A stretch of DNA of 64,000 nucleotides from an uncultured Gemmatimonadaceae bacterium (GTDB lineage Bacteria > Gemmatimonadota > Gemmatimonadetes > Gemmatimonadales > Gemmatimonadaceae): NCBI GenBank assembly GCA_963761305.1, contig CAVXGK010000002.1, positions 1,888,001-1,952,000 of the forward strand. Direction: 5' to 3'. The translations under genes and the position numbers were made by a program. How positions within the stretch are numbered: the stretch's first letter is position 1; every line of letters begins with the position of its first letter. The notes under the pieces are model-generated. The model did not search any database. It had not been told where the DNA came from and saw only the letters and a program-made list of their open reading frames with translations. Below, one piece after another: positions 1 through 9,510 of the stretch.

Positions 1-2
1 TT

Positions 3-689
3 CGCCGCGTCGAGCGTGCCGCCTTGCTCGATGTGCAGCTCGAAGTAGCCGGCGATCGAACCCTTGGCGCGTTTGACTTCGGCGAGTCTCGTCGGGTCGC
101 CGCCGATGAAGCGGATTCCTTCCTCGACCGTCCTGCCGCTGCTCGAGACCGTCTTGAGCTCGGGCATCGTGAGCTGGCCGCCGACCGCCCGGCTGCCGAA
201 GAGTCCGCCCTCTTCGTTCTGCCAGATCACGACCTCGAGCGGATGCCGCGTCACGATCGAGTGCTCGGCGAACGTCTGCGCGACTTCGATGGCCGAGGTC
301 GATCCGACTTGCCCGTCGTAGTTGCCGCCGAATGGAACCGAGTCGATGTGCGAGCCGAAGAGCAGCGGATGGAGCGACGCATCGCTTCCCGCGCGCCGGC
401 CGATGATGTTTCCGGCGAAGTCGACGCTCGGCTCGAGCCTTGCGGCCCGCATCCAGTCCATGACGACCGCGCGCGCCGCCTTGTCGGCATCGCTGTACGC
501 CACACGCGACACGCCGCCCTCGGGATTCTTTCCGAACTCGGCGAGCGCAGTCAGGTGCGCGGTGATGCGGTCGGCGTTGACGCGGAGATCTTGGAGCGGC
601 GGCTGGACAGGCAGAGCGTCGAACAGATGGCGCGTGAAAGCGGTGGCCGCGCTAGTCAGCGCGATAGCATTGAAATCGCGTCGGTTCAT
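3..689 (-). CDS. M20-family Zn amidohydrolase (N-carbamoyl-L-amino acid/allantoate amidohydrolase-like), runs off window start
   Basis: Translated by hand, not in ORF track: MNRRDFNAIALTSAATAF... (Tat-like RRDF), GGVSRVAYSDAD, FGSHIDSVPFGGNYDG, NEEGG motifs. Confidence 0.85.
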   Translation of the reverse strand, partial: MNRRDFNAIALTSAATAFTRHLFDALPVQPPLQDLRVNADRITAHLTALAEFGKNPEGGVSRVAYSDADKAARAVVMDWMRAARLEPSVDFAGNIIGRRAGSDASLHPLLFGSHIDSVPFGGNYDGQVGSTSAIEVAQTFAEHSIVTRHPLEVVIWQNEEGGLFGSRAVGGQLTMPELKTVSSSGRTVEEGIRFIGGDPTRLAEVKRAKGSIAGYFELHIEQGGTLDAA

Positions 690-788
690 GGGCGAGAACT
701 TGTCGAGTTCCCGCGCTCACGGGAAGGACGAGGCCGGATTGGTGGCGGGAATAAGGGACTTGGCGCGACCCTAGCATCGACGATTGTG

Positions 789-885
789 ACACGGACACAA
801 ACGGATTTGACGGACGCAAACGGAGACAGCACACCTGTTTTTTGTTTTCTCCGTTTGTGTCAGTTTCATCCGTCTGTGTCCGTGT
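789..885. repeat. Imperfect 38-bp inverted repeat built from 9-10-bp ACGGA units
   Basis: Arms 789-826 and 848-885 match at 32/38 positions; 21-nt loop. Confidence 0.85.
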
Positions 886-1034
886 TCCAATCGTTATTGC
901 CCGGGCGGCGGTGAGGACCCCGATGCCATTGGGACTGTACGGGGCAGCCCGTATTGTCCGAGATTCGTCATGAGGGCTGGCTCGGCGGCCCGCGGTGCGT
1001 GCATGATCCACGGAACGCTCAACGCGAATTCACG

Positions 1035-1874
1035 ATGCTGAAACAGAGTCGCCAATCATTGACGCCGGATCTCACTCCGGAGCACGGCGCGCGGTGGGTC
1101 GCGCGCGAGCCGTACTATCTCGCGTCGGGTGACGAGGTCGAGGTCTTCGCCAAGTGCCACGCGCGCGGACTGCCGGTGATGCTCAAGGGACCGACCGGCT
1201 GCGGCAAGACGCGATTCATCGAGCACATGGCGTGGAAGCTCGGACGTCCGCTCGTCACGATCGCCTGCCACGACGATCTCTCGGCGAGCGATCTCACCGG
1301 GCGCTTCTTGATCAAGGGTGATGAAACGGTGTGGGTCGACGGGCCGCTCACGACCGCGGCGCGTCTCGGCGCAATTTGCTATCTCGACGAAGTGGTCGAG
1401 GCGCGGCAGGACACGGTCGTCGTGATCCATCCGCTCACCGACGACCGGCGATTGCTGCCGATCGAGAAGACCGGCGACGTCATCGAAGCGGCGACGGGAT
1501 TCCAGCTCATCATCTCGTACAATCCGGGCTATCAGCACGCGATCAAAGATCTCAAACCGAGCACGCGGCAGCGGTTCGTGACGCTGGAATTCGATTTTCC
1601 GCCGGCATCTGCCGAGGCCGAGATCGTCGCCCACGAGAGCGGCGTGAAGCGAGGCACGGCGCAGTCGCTCGTCGAGCTCGCGCGGCGCGTTCGCCGGCTC
1701 AAGGATCAAGGCCTGGCCGAAGGTCCCGGCACGCGCCTGCTCGTCTCGGCGGCCAAGCTCATCGCCGACGGCGTGTCGCCGCAGGACGCGTGTCAGGCGG
1801 CGTTCGTCGGTCCGCTCACCGACGATCCCGACCTCGTGACCGCCATCGCGGACCTCGTGGCCGCGCTGTTGTAG
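1035..1874 (+). CDS. norQ: CbbQ/NirQ/NorQ-family AAA+ ATPase
   Basis: Walker A GPTGCGKT, Walker [27 protein letters not shown]; start could be 1059. Confidence 0.9.
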   Translation: MLKQSRQSLTPDLTPEHGARWVAREPYYLASGDEVEVFAKCHARGLPVMLKGPTGCGKTRFIEHMAWKLGRPLVTIACHDDLSASDLTGRFLIKGDETVWVDGPLTTAARLGAICYLDEVVEARQDTVVVIHPLTDDRRLLPIEKTGDVIEAATGFQLIISYNPGYQHAIKDLKPSTRQRFVTLEFDFPPASAEAEIVAHESGVKRGTAQSLVELARRVRRLKDQGLAEGPGTRLLVSAAKLIADGVSPQDACQAAFVGPLTDDPDLVTAIADLVAALL

Positions 1875-3856
1875 TGCCGCACGGCATCTCGCGCACGAGA
1901 CGATTCGCGCGCAAGGCGGAGCATCTCGCTCGGCAGGTCCGCGATCGCGCCCGCGCGCGATTTCGCCGGAGCAAACCGTACGTCTCGCTCGAGACGGTGC
2001 ATCGACGACTCGAGCTCGTCGTCGCCGCGTTGTATGGACGGCCGATCGCGCTCACGACGACCGAACGCGGCCCGCAGGGTATGCGGCAACGACTCGAAGC
2101 GCTGCTCGGTGTCCAGCCCGACGCGCGACGTACGACGCCGACGGTCGAAGGCGAGACGATTCGACTTCCCGATGTGCTCGACGCGCCCGATGGCCCCGAG
2201 AAAGCGATCGCCCGCTATCGGATTCTCGCCATCGAGCAAGCCGAGCGAATCGTGCGAGGCACGCCGAGCCACCTGCCGGCGACCGATCCGTTGGAGCGGG
2301 ACCTGTATTTGGTTCGCGAGGGCATGGCCATCGACGCCGAGTTGATGCGGCGCCATCCCGGCCTCGCCGGTTCGCTGAGCGCCGAGCGCGCCGCGGCGCT
2401 CGATCGCCGGCCGACGCTCAATTCGCTGTCGAGGCAGGAGCAGAACGTCGAGCTGTTGCTGCGCGATGCGTTGCGCGCCGACGCTCGCGTCGAATCATCG
2501 TCGGCCGGACACGACACGAGTCACGCGCCGGGCGACTCACTCGCGTGGGCGCGCGAGACGGCGACGCGCATTCGCCAGCTCGGCGGGCGATATCACGGCG
2601 TGCCCCCGACGCTGCATTGGGGAACCGTGCAAGGCGCCGAGATCATTAGAGAATCCGATAACCCGTTCGACCGGGCGCCACAGCATCTGCCGATCGCCGG
2701 ATCGGACGCGGCGCCCAATCGGCGCTCCGGCGCAATCGACAACGCCGAGCAACGAAAGTCGAACGACGAGAACGACTCGCAGGGAAAGGCGTTCGATCCG
2801 GCGGCACCGCCCGACGACGAGTTGAGCGACGACGCGTCAGCGACCGATCCGCGCGCCCGACCCGACCCCGATCGCCGAGCACTGCGCGGCACGAACGCGT
2901 TCGAGCGAACGCGCGACCTGTTGCCGACCGTCGAAGCGAAGGAGCAGGGCCTTCTGCCGCCTGTCGTCGCCGCGCAGGACGAGTGGGACGGCGAAGCCGG
3001 ACACTATGTGAAACGTGCGGCGCTCGTTCGACTCCAGGATCCGCCCGACGGTGACGCCGCGTGGGCGGCGGACGTGATGCAGCGACATCGCGCGCTCGTG
3101 TACACGATTCGGCATCACTTCGAGCGGCTGCGCGCGCGACGCATGTTGTTGAACCGTCAATCCGCCGGCGACGAGCTAGACATCGCGGCGTGGGTCGACG
3201 CCGTCGTCGCCCGCCGGACGGGCGACGCGCCGGACGACCGTCTCTATCGCGACGCGCGGCCGGCGCGACGAGGATTGGCGATCTCGCTGCTCGTCGACGT
3301 GAGCGGTTCCACCGAGACGCGCATGAGCGACGGCCTGCGCGTCGTCGACCTCGAGAAGATCGCGTTGCTCCTGGCGAGCGAAGCGCTCGACGCCCTCGGC
3401 GATTCGTTCGCCGTACATACCTTCGCCGGCAAGACCGCCGACGACGTCCGCGTCTCTCGCATCAAGGATTTCTCGGAGCACAACGGCGATCGCATTCGAC
3501 GACGGATCGCCGGCATCGAGCCCGGCGGGTTCACCCGCCTCGGCGCGGCGGTGAGATTCGCCTCGAAGCATCTCGCGCGACGGTCGGCGGGGCATCGCCT
3601 GCTGTTGATTCTGTCCGACGGCCGGCCGAACGACGTGGATCGGTATCAGGGTCCGTACGGCGTGGAGGACGCGCGGCAGGCGATTCTCGAGGCACGGGCG
3701 TCCGGAATCTTTCCGTTTTGCCTCACGGTCGACGCGAATGCGTCGGAGTATCTGCCGAGGATCTTCGGGCAGGCCGGGCACCGCATGGTGCAGCGGCCGG
3801 CCCAGCTTCCGTCGGCGCTGCTGGCGGTGGTGAGTGCGCTGGTGCGGCGGCGTTAA
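1874..3856 (+). CDS. norD: NorD/CbbO-like VWA-domain protein
   Basis: GTG overlaps norQ stop (TAGTG); MIDAS DVSGST, TRLGAAVR, LSDGRPND. Confidence 0.85.
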   Translation: MPHGISRTRRFARKAEHLARQVRDRARARFRRSKPYVSLETVHRRLELVVAALYGRPIALTTTERGPQGMRQRLEALLGVQPDARRTTPTVEGETIRLPDVLDAPDGPEKAIARYRILAIEQAERIVRGTPSHLPATDPLERDLYLVREGMAIDAELMRRHPGLAGSLSAERAAALDRRPTLNSLSRQEQNVELLLRDALRADARVESSSAGHDTSHAPGDSLAWARETATRIRQLGGRYHGVPPTLHWGTVQGAEIIRESDNPFDRAPQHLPIAGSDAAPNRRSGAIDNAEQRKSNDENDSQGKAFDPAAPPDDELSDDASATDPRARPDPDRRALRGTNAFERTRDLLPTVEAKEQGLLPPVVAAQDEWDGEAGHYVKRAALVRLQDPPDGDAAWAADVMQRHRALVYTIRHHFERLRARRMLLNRQSAGDELDIAAWVDAVVARRTGDAPDDRLYRDARPARRGLAISLLVDVSGSTETRMSDGLRVVDLEKIALLLASEALDALGDSFAVHTFAGKTADDVRVSRIKDFSEHNGDRIRRRIAGIEPGGFTRLGAAVRFASKHLARRSAGHRLLLILSDGRPNDVDRYQGPYGVEDARQAILEARASGIFPFCLTVDANASEYLPRIFGQAGHRMVQRPAQLPSALLAVVSALVRRR

Positions 3857-3879
3857 GAAGTCCTAACGGCACAAATGCG

Positions 3880-5061
3880 ATGTATCGGCGTTCATTCAGC
3901 AGCACCATCGCCGAGGCACGCGTGAAGCAGTCCGACGTTCTGTTCCGCATCGCGATCATCGCGTGCACGTCCGCGTGCGCCTCTCATGGACCGCGCCCAC
4001 CCCAAACCAGCCCCGCCGCGCTGGCGGCCGTTCAGGCGGAGGTCCGGATTGTCGGCGGCGAGACGACCTGGGTGACACGCGGTCGCGGCTACGAGTTGGT
4101 CGGGCGGTCGAAGGCGGATCTGGCGGCATTTCAATCGCAGCTCGACCACGAGTCGGACGCCTTCCGTCGCGTCTTTCCGATCGATAGCCAGGCCACCGTC
4201 GTCGTCGCCATTCGCCGCCAGTCGCCGGAGGGCAAGCCCTTCGTCGCCGCGGCTCCGGTGCCTCAGACGACTGCCGGGCCGCTCGTCGAGCTGGTGATTC
4301 CCGATCCCACGAAGCTCGAAAAGGAGGCGAAGGAAAGCGCCGCATTACGAGGCAGCACCGATCCCGAACTCTCCGACGTGCGCGGCCCGATCTTGCCGGT
4401 GGCTCGCGCCTGGCTCTCCGCCCACGCGACCGCGCTCACGCATCAACCGGCGCGCATGATGCAAGCCTCCGGCGACGTCGACGATCCGCGCGTCCCCGCT
4501 TGGGCGGAGAGCCTGATCCCGTCGCTCGCCGCCGACTCGCTCGTGGATCACGTGACGACGGTTCTCGCCCTGCATTCGGAGAACCTCATCGCGCTCTCGA
4601 CGTATTTCACGATGGAGCGTCCGGAGCCTGGCCTTCCACCCGTCGCGGAACGAGGCGGCGGAACGAGCGGAGGGACTGGCCGCGGCGGCACTGGGGGCAC
4701 GGGCGGCGTTGGCGGCACCGGTGGAATGGGTGGCATGGGTGGCATGGGACGCGGCGGCATGGGAGGAGGAGGCCGCATGGGCGGACGGGGCGGAACGCGT
4801 GGCGGCGGCACGCCGGGCGGGCAATCCGAGCGGTCGACTCCCCCGCTTCGTGGCGCCGCCCTCTTCGACGCGCAGTCGATCCTCGTTGGGCGGTACCTGG
4901 CCCGCGAAGGCTACGATTTCATCGGGCTCCTCGTCGACTCGAGGATTCTCGGCGCACCGATCGACGACGTCGCCATGAAGCGCACCGGACGGACCCTCGA
5001 TCAGATGAACGCGGAGTTCCGCGGGTGGGTCTTCGATCGCGCGAGCGTGCTGAGCCGATAG
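3880..5061 (+). CDS. Probable lipoprotein with Gly/Arg/Met-rich insert, peptidase-MA-like remnants
   Basis: IAIIACTSAC lipobox-like; PAWAE and FDAQSILVGRYL segments; alternative GTG start at 3922. Confidence 0.6.
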   Translation: MYRRSFSSTIAEARVKQSDVLFRIAIIACTSACASHGPRPPQTSPAALAAVQAEVRIVGGETTWVTRGRGYELVGRSKADLAAFQSQLDHESDAFRRVFPIDSQATVVVAIRRQSPEGKPFVAAAPVPQTTAGPLVELVIPDPTKLEKEAKESAALRGSTDPELSDVRGPILPVARAWLSAHATALTHQPARMMQASGDVDDPRVPAWAESLIPSLAADSLVDHVTTVLALHSENLIALSTYFTMERPEPGLPPVAERGGGTSGGTGRGGTGGTGGVGGTGGMGGMGGMGRGGMGGGGRMGGRGGTRGGGTPGGQSERSTPPLRGAALFDAQSILVGRYLAREGYDFIGLLVDSRILGAPIDDVAMKRTGRTLDQMNAEFRGWVFDRASVLSR

Positions 5062-5107
5062 CGTCGCCGCGAAACTCGACGACGCAAAGCGCAAAAAAGC
5101 TCCGCCC

Positions 5108-5150
5108 TTGACGAACGGGTTGAACTAGCGCACTCTCCCAACACCTGGTG
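5108..5150 (+). promoter_or_regulatory. Sigma70-like promoter (TTGACG-N17-CACTCT) overlapping a putative PadR operator
   Basis: -35 at 5108-5113, -10 at 5131-5136; motif CACTCTCCCAACACCTGGTG shared with the other ADOP loci. Confidence 0.5.
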
Positions 5151-5158
5151 GAGGGACG

Positions 5159-5491
5159 ATGCCTCGCGACGCGAAAGACCTTCTGCACGGCACGCTCGAC
5201 CTGCTCGTATTGCGCGCGCTCGCCACCGAGCCGATGCACGGCTTCACGCTCAGCAAGTGGATCGACGAGCGCACGAGCGGCGAGCTCGGGATCGTGGACT
5301 CCGCCCTCTACAAGGCGCTCCACCGCCTCGAGGACTGTGGCGCCGTGCACGCCGAGTGGGGAGCGTCGGAGAATAATCGCCGAGCGAAGTACTACTCGCT
5401 CACAGTTCGCGGCCGACAAATGCTGCGCGCCGAGATCGCGAACTGGCAACACTATGTCGCCACCGTCACGGTCGTCCTGGAGGGCGGATGA
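5159..5491 (+). CDS. PadR-family transcriptional regulator (acidobacterial type)
   Basis: GTLDLLVL, PMHGF, LYKALHRLE, SENNRRAKYY. Confidence 0.92.
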   Translation: MPRDAKDLLHGTLDLLVLRALATEPMHGFTLSKWIDERTSGELGIVDSALYKALHRLEDCGAVHAEWGASENNRRAKYYSLTVRGRQMLRAEIANWQHYVATVTVVLEGG

Positions 5492-8265
5492 CACGGCGCC
5501 GGACGCGAGCCGTCACGCTGCCCGGGCGAGTGCGGCGCCTTTTTAGACTTCCGGCAAATCGCTCACGACTGATGCGCGACGCCGACGACGAGATGCAGTT
5601 CCATCTCGAGATGTGGACGGCCGAGTTCAGCGCTCAGGGCATGTCGCCCGAGGAAGCCGAGGCCGCGGCGGAACGTCGATTCGGCGACGAGGGCGAGTAC
5701 CGAGAGTATTTCGCGCGGCGAGCGGCGCGGAAAGCGCGCTGGCAGACCGTGGCCAACTGGATCGACGACCTTGGGCAGGACGCCGCCTACGCGTGGCGCG
5801 GTCTGCGTCGGTCGCCCGGGTTCACAGCGGCAGTCGTGCTCGTGCTCGCCCTCGGACTCGGCGCGAACGCAGCGCTGTTCTCACTCATCGACCGCATCTT
5901 TTTGAGCGCGCCTACCGGCGTCGACGCTCCGCAGGAGATCAGACGCCTCTACTACATCCACTCTCAGTCGGACTTCCGCGGCTTTGGCCCCGCAAACGGT
6001 GTCGAGGAGTCGCTGGATTACCCCGCGTATGCAGCCATGCGCGGTGCGGCGGGGTCCAAGATTCAATTCGCGGCTTATGTGCGACCCGATTCCGTCGACA
6101 CTCGCATCGACAACGCGGCTGTGCCTGTGATGGCGTCCTACGTCACGCAGAGTTATTTCACGACGCTCCGTGTCCGGCCATCGCTCGGTCGCTTTTTTGC
6201 CGCGGACGAGGATCGCGTGGAGATCGTGAGCCCTGCCGCCGTGATCAGCGATGCGTTCTGGCATCGTGCCTTCTCGGGCGATTCGACCGTACTTGGCAAG
6301 CGCGTCCGGATTGCGGACCGAACGTACTCGGTCGTAGGCATCGCACCGCGCGGCTTCGACGGCATCGACCTCGATCGCGTGGATCTGTGGCTCCCGCTCG
6401 GAGCGCTTCCCCCGCCGCCGTTTTGGGGCCCGCGGCCATGGTATCTCGGCGGCATGCACTGGATGCGCGCCATCGCTCGCGTGCCCTCGAGGATCGCCGA
6501 ACAGAGGATGACCGCCGTCGCGACACTGACGTATCGGCATGCGTGGCAGAGCGAGGACGTCCCGGACACGACATCGACGGTCATCACCGGCCCCATCGTC
6601 GCGGCGCTCGGACCGTCCGATCGACAGCAAGAAGTTTCCATCTCGCTCCGGCTCGCCGGCGTATCTCTGATCTTGCTGCTGATCGCGGTCGGGAACGTGG
6701 CCAACCTGCTCCTCGTCCGGGGCATGCGTCGTCGCCGAGAAATCGCCATTCGCCGAGCGTTGGGTGTATCGACCGCGCGGCTGTGTAGGCTGCTGATCAC
6801 TGAGAGTCTATTGCTCTCCGCGCTCGGCGCCGCGGCTGCCCTGATCATCGGGACGTGGGGATCCATGGCACTGCGCGCCCTTCTCCTGCCAGAAATCCAC
6901 TGGTCGAGCAATTCCAACTTTGCTCATATCATCGCGTTCACGGCGATCGCGAGTATCGTTGTGGGAGTTCTGGCCGGTACGGCGCCGGTATTTCATGCGC
7001 GCGGATTGGACGTGACGAGCTCGCTCAAGGCCGGTATGTGGTCGGGCCTTCACCGTCGAGTGTTCACGCGAAGTGTGTTGACGATCGGCCAGATTGCGCT
7101 CTCGGTTGTGCTGCTGGTCGGCGCCGGGCTCTTCGTGCGGAGCCTGCACAATGTTCGCGCGATCGACCTCGGCTTCGATTCCGACGGACTCGTTACGGTC
7201 CACGCCGGGTACCTGGACGTCGCGCGGAGCCGAGAGGTCGGTTCGGCGCTCGAGAGCATTGCGGCGGATATGTCCCGCGTGCCCGGCGTGCGACGCATCG
7301 CGGTGGCTTCAGGTGCGCCAATGCAAGGCAGCATGTCGTCCAATCGGCTCTTCCTGCCCGGTCGAGACTCGGTGCCGACGATCGGCGGAATAGCGCCTAT
7401 GGAGGTCCTTGTGTCGACCGAGTACTTCAGTACGGTGGGCGTTCGCCTCGCGGCGGGACGGACCTTCGAGTCAACGGACCGCGCTGGAGCCGCGCCGGTG
7501 GCCGTAGTTGCCAGAACAATGGCCAGGGTCGTCTGGCCGGGTGAGAACCCGATTGGAAAATGCATTCTGATTTTCGCGCGAACCGCGCCGTGCACGACCG
7601 TCGTTGGCGTCGTCGACGACATGCACACCAACGACGTCATCGAGACCAGACCTTTTATGCGACTGTACCTGCCATTCGCGCAGAATGCGCAGCTGGATTC
7701 GCTTCGCTTCGGGCCCCGGGGAATTGGCCGCGTTCTTCTCGCGCGCACCCGCCCCGGCACCGAAGCTACGGTCATGAAGTCTGCCCTGCGCATTGCTCGC
7801 GAGCGCCTCCCTGGAGCTACTGAGCTCCGCGCCAACGACATGACGCAGGTCCTGGATCCGAAACTCCGCCCGTGGCGTTTAGGCGCGACGCTGTTCAGCG
7901 CCCTCGGCATCCTCGCCGCAGTCGTCGCGGTGGTCGGCATGTACAGCGTGATCGCCTACGCGGCGAGTCAGCGCGCTCACGAGATGAGCATCCGCATGGC
8001 CCTCGGCGCGCGCGCGCAGGACATCCTGACGCTCGTGGCGGGTGAAGGGATGCGCGTAATCTTCGTCAGCATCGCGATTGGAATCGCCGCAGCCGTGGCG
8101 ATGGGGCGTCTCGTCGGCTCGCTCTTGTACGGCGTGTCGACTCACGACCCCGTCGTACTCGCCGGCGCAGCCGTTCTGCTGGCGCTAATGGGCCTGGCGG
8201 CGATCCTGACTCCGGCTTTGCGCGCGGCGCGCGGCGACCCCGCGAGCGCGCTGAGAGCGGAATAG
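5488..8265 (+). CDS. ADOP-type duplicated ABC permease (MacB/FtsX x2)
   Basis: LALGLGANAALFS, NVANLLL..RRREIAIRRALG, RAHEMSIRMALGA, ALRAE end; overlaps padR stop. Confidence 0.92.
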   Translation: MTRRRTRAVTLPGRVRRLFRLPANRSRLMRDADDEMQFHLEMWTAEFSAQGMSPEEAEAAAERRFGDEGEYREYFARRAARKARWQTVANWIDDLGQDAAYAWRGLRRSPGFTAAVVLVLALGLGANAALFSLIDRIFLSAPTGVDAPQEIRRLYYIHSQSDFRGFGPANGVEESLDYPAYAAMRGAAGSKIQFAAYVRPDSVDTRIDNAAVPVMASYVTQSYFTTLRVRPSLGRFFAADEDRVEIVSPAAVISDAFWHRAFSGDSTVLGKRVRIADRTYSVVGIAPRGFDGIDLDRVDLWLPLGALPPPPFWGPRPWYLGGMHWMRAIARVPSRIAEQRMTAVATLTYRHAWQSEDVPDTTSTVITGPIVAALGPSDRQQEVSISLRLAGVSLILLLIAVGNVANLLLVRGMRRRREIAIRRALGVSTARLCRLLITESLLLSALGAAAALIIGTWGSMALRALLLPEIHWSSNSNFAHIIAFTAIASIVVGVLAGTAPVFHARGLDVTSSLKAGMWSGLHRRVFTRSVLTIGQIALSVVLLVGAGLFVRSLHNVRAIDLGFDSDGLVTVHAGYLDVARSREVGSALESIAADMSRVPGVRRIAVASGAPMQGSMSSNRLFLPGRDSVPTIGGIAPMEVLVSTEYFSTVGVRLAAGRTFESTDRAGAAPVAVVARTMARVVWPGENPIGKCILIFARTAPCTTVVGVVDDMHTNDVIETRPFMRLYLPFAQNAQLDSLRFGPRGIGRVLLARTRPGTEATVMKSALRIARERLPGATELRANDMTQVLDPKLRPWRLGATLFSALGILAAVVAVVGMYSVIAYAASQRAHEMSIRMALGARAQDILTLVAGEGMRVIFVSIAIGIAAAVAMGRLVGSLLYGVSTHDPVVLAGAAVLLALMGLAAILTPALRAARGDPASALRAE

Positions 8266-8457
8266 CGACGTCACGCCATGAAATCCGCGCCGCTCGCACC
8301 ACACCCAGCGTGCGCACCCCGGCGTGCTGATGCACGGTCTCGCGCCGCGGTCGACGAGGTGTCCGTGGTTCCGCGACACAAATTTTTGCGAACCGCCTAC
8401 AGCCCTTGGGCCCTCTGAGCCGTAAATGAGATGCAGGCCACTATCTCGGAGGAAATT

Positions 8458-8937
8458 ATGTGGCAGAAGATGGCCCTAACCACGGCCGTAGCGCTGTCGA
8501 TCGGCGGCTGCGCGAGTGGAGCGGGCGGGACCGCGTCGCAAACGTCGGTCCCCACGCCGGTGGTGACAACGCAGTCGGGACAGCCGAGCATCTTCGGTGC
8601 TTCGGCGAGCGATTATACGCTGGTGTCGATCAACGGTCATGCGCTCCCGTACGCGACGCCCGCCAAGAGTGACGCTGCGCTGAAGCCGATGGAAGTCGTA
8701 AGTGGAACCCTGGACCTGGCGGCGAACGGAGAGTTCTCGATCTCGACGAAGTACCGGGACTCGACGGCGCCGGGTGGCCATGACATCGACAACAAGTTCA
8801 GCGGTTCGTGCACGCCGGAGGGGCATGGGTACCACATGTTCTGGGACGGCGGCGGCGATTCGCAACTGGAGATCCGTGGCGACTCGGTCACAGTCGACGA
8901 TGGCGGCGTGCATTCCCAGTACGTCAAGCAGCACTAG
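8458..8937 (+). CDS. Hypothetical lipoprotein (beta-barrel/lipocalin-like)
   Basis: GGAGG RBS; lipobox IGGC; YTLVSINGHALP. Confidence 0.7.
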   Translation: MWQKMALTTAVALSIGGCASGAGGTASQTSVPTPVVTTQSGQPSIFGASASDYTLVSINGHALPYATPAKSDAALKPMEVVSGTLDLAANGEFSISTKYRDSTAPGGHDIDNKFSGSCTPEGHGYHMFWDGGGDSQLEIRGDSVTVDDGGVHSQYVKQH

Positions 8938-9122
8938 CGAAGGCCGGACTACTGGCTCACGGCCTACGTCGTCCGCGGTGAGCGATTTCAGCGCTCATCG
9001 CGGCGGCGTTGGAACGAGAGCGAGTCTCAGAAACCGTGCCGAATCACGGAGAAGTTGCAAACGGAATCCTACGGTTCCATAGCCAGACCGCTTGACCGTG
9101 ATGCCGACGGATGGCGATCACG

Positions 9123-9422
9123 TCACGCGTAGTAACGCTCTATGCACCACGCGACCATATCGTCGAGTAACAGGTCGGCGCCTCGGCGTCTGGGCGCCGT
9201 GGACGCGACGCTTCGGAAGCCCGTCTCCGCGGCGACCTGCTTCACTTCAGCGATGACGCGCTCGGGTGGCCAACCCAGCGTCTTCGCAGCGTCCACGTAT
9301 TCGCAGACGCATTCGTACACCGTCGCGCGAAGTGCTTGACTCAGGGGGAAATCGATCCGACTGAGTTGATGTTGCAACTGCGTAGCAAGCGAGCCCAGGT
9401 CGCCGGTGTATGGCGTTGGCAT
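9123..9422 (-). CDS. Small hypothetical protein
   Basis: Helical ORF with GWPPERVIAEVK and MVAWCIERYY; protein-like composition. Confidence 0.6.
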   Translation of the reverse strand: MPTPYTGDLGSLATQLQHQLSRIDFPLSQALRATVYECVCEYVDAAKTLGWPPERVIAEVKQVAAETGFRSVASTAPRRRGADLLLDDMVAWCIERYYA

Positions 9423-9510
9423 CGACCACGAGGGTTTGCATATCGCGTTCCGGTGCGGGAGTCACGATTTGTTTGTGTCCGCCGGCTCGCCGACGCGTGC
9501 CCGCAAGACG

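Noticed and set aside
24..914. 296-aa + strand ORF and other long antisense/shadow ORFs in the track
   Set aside because: Opposite strand or alternate frame of recognisable genes; expected in high-GC DNA
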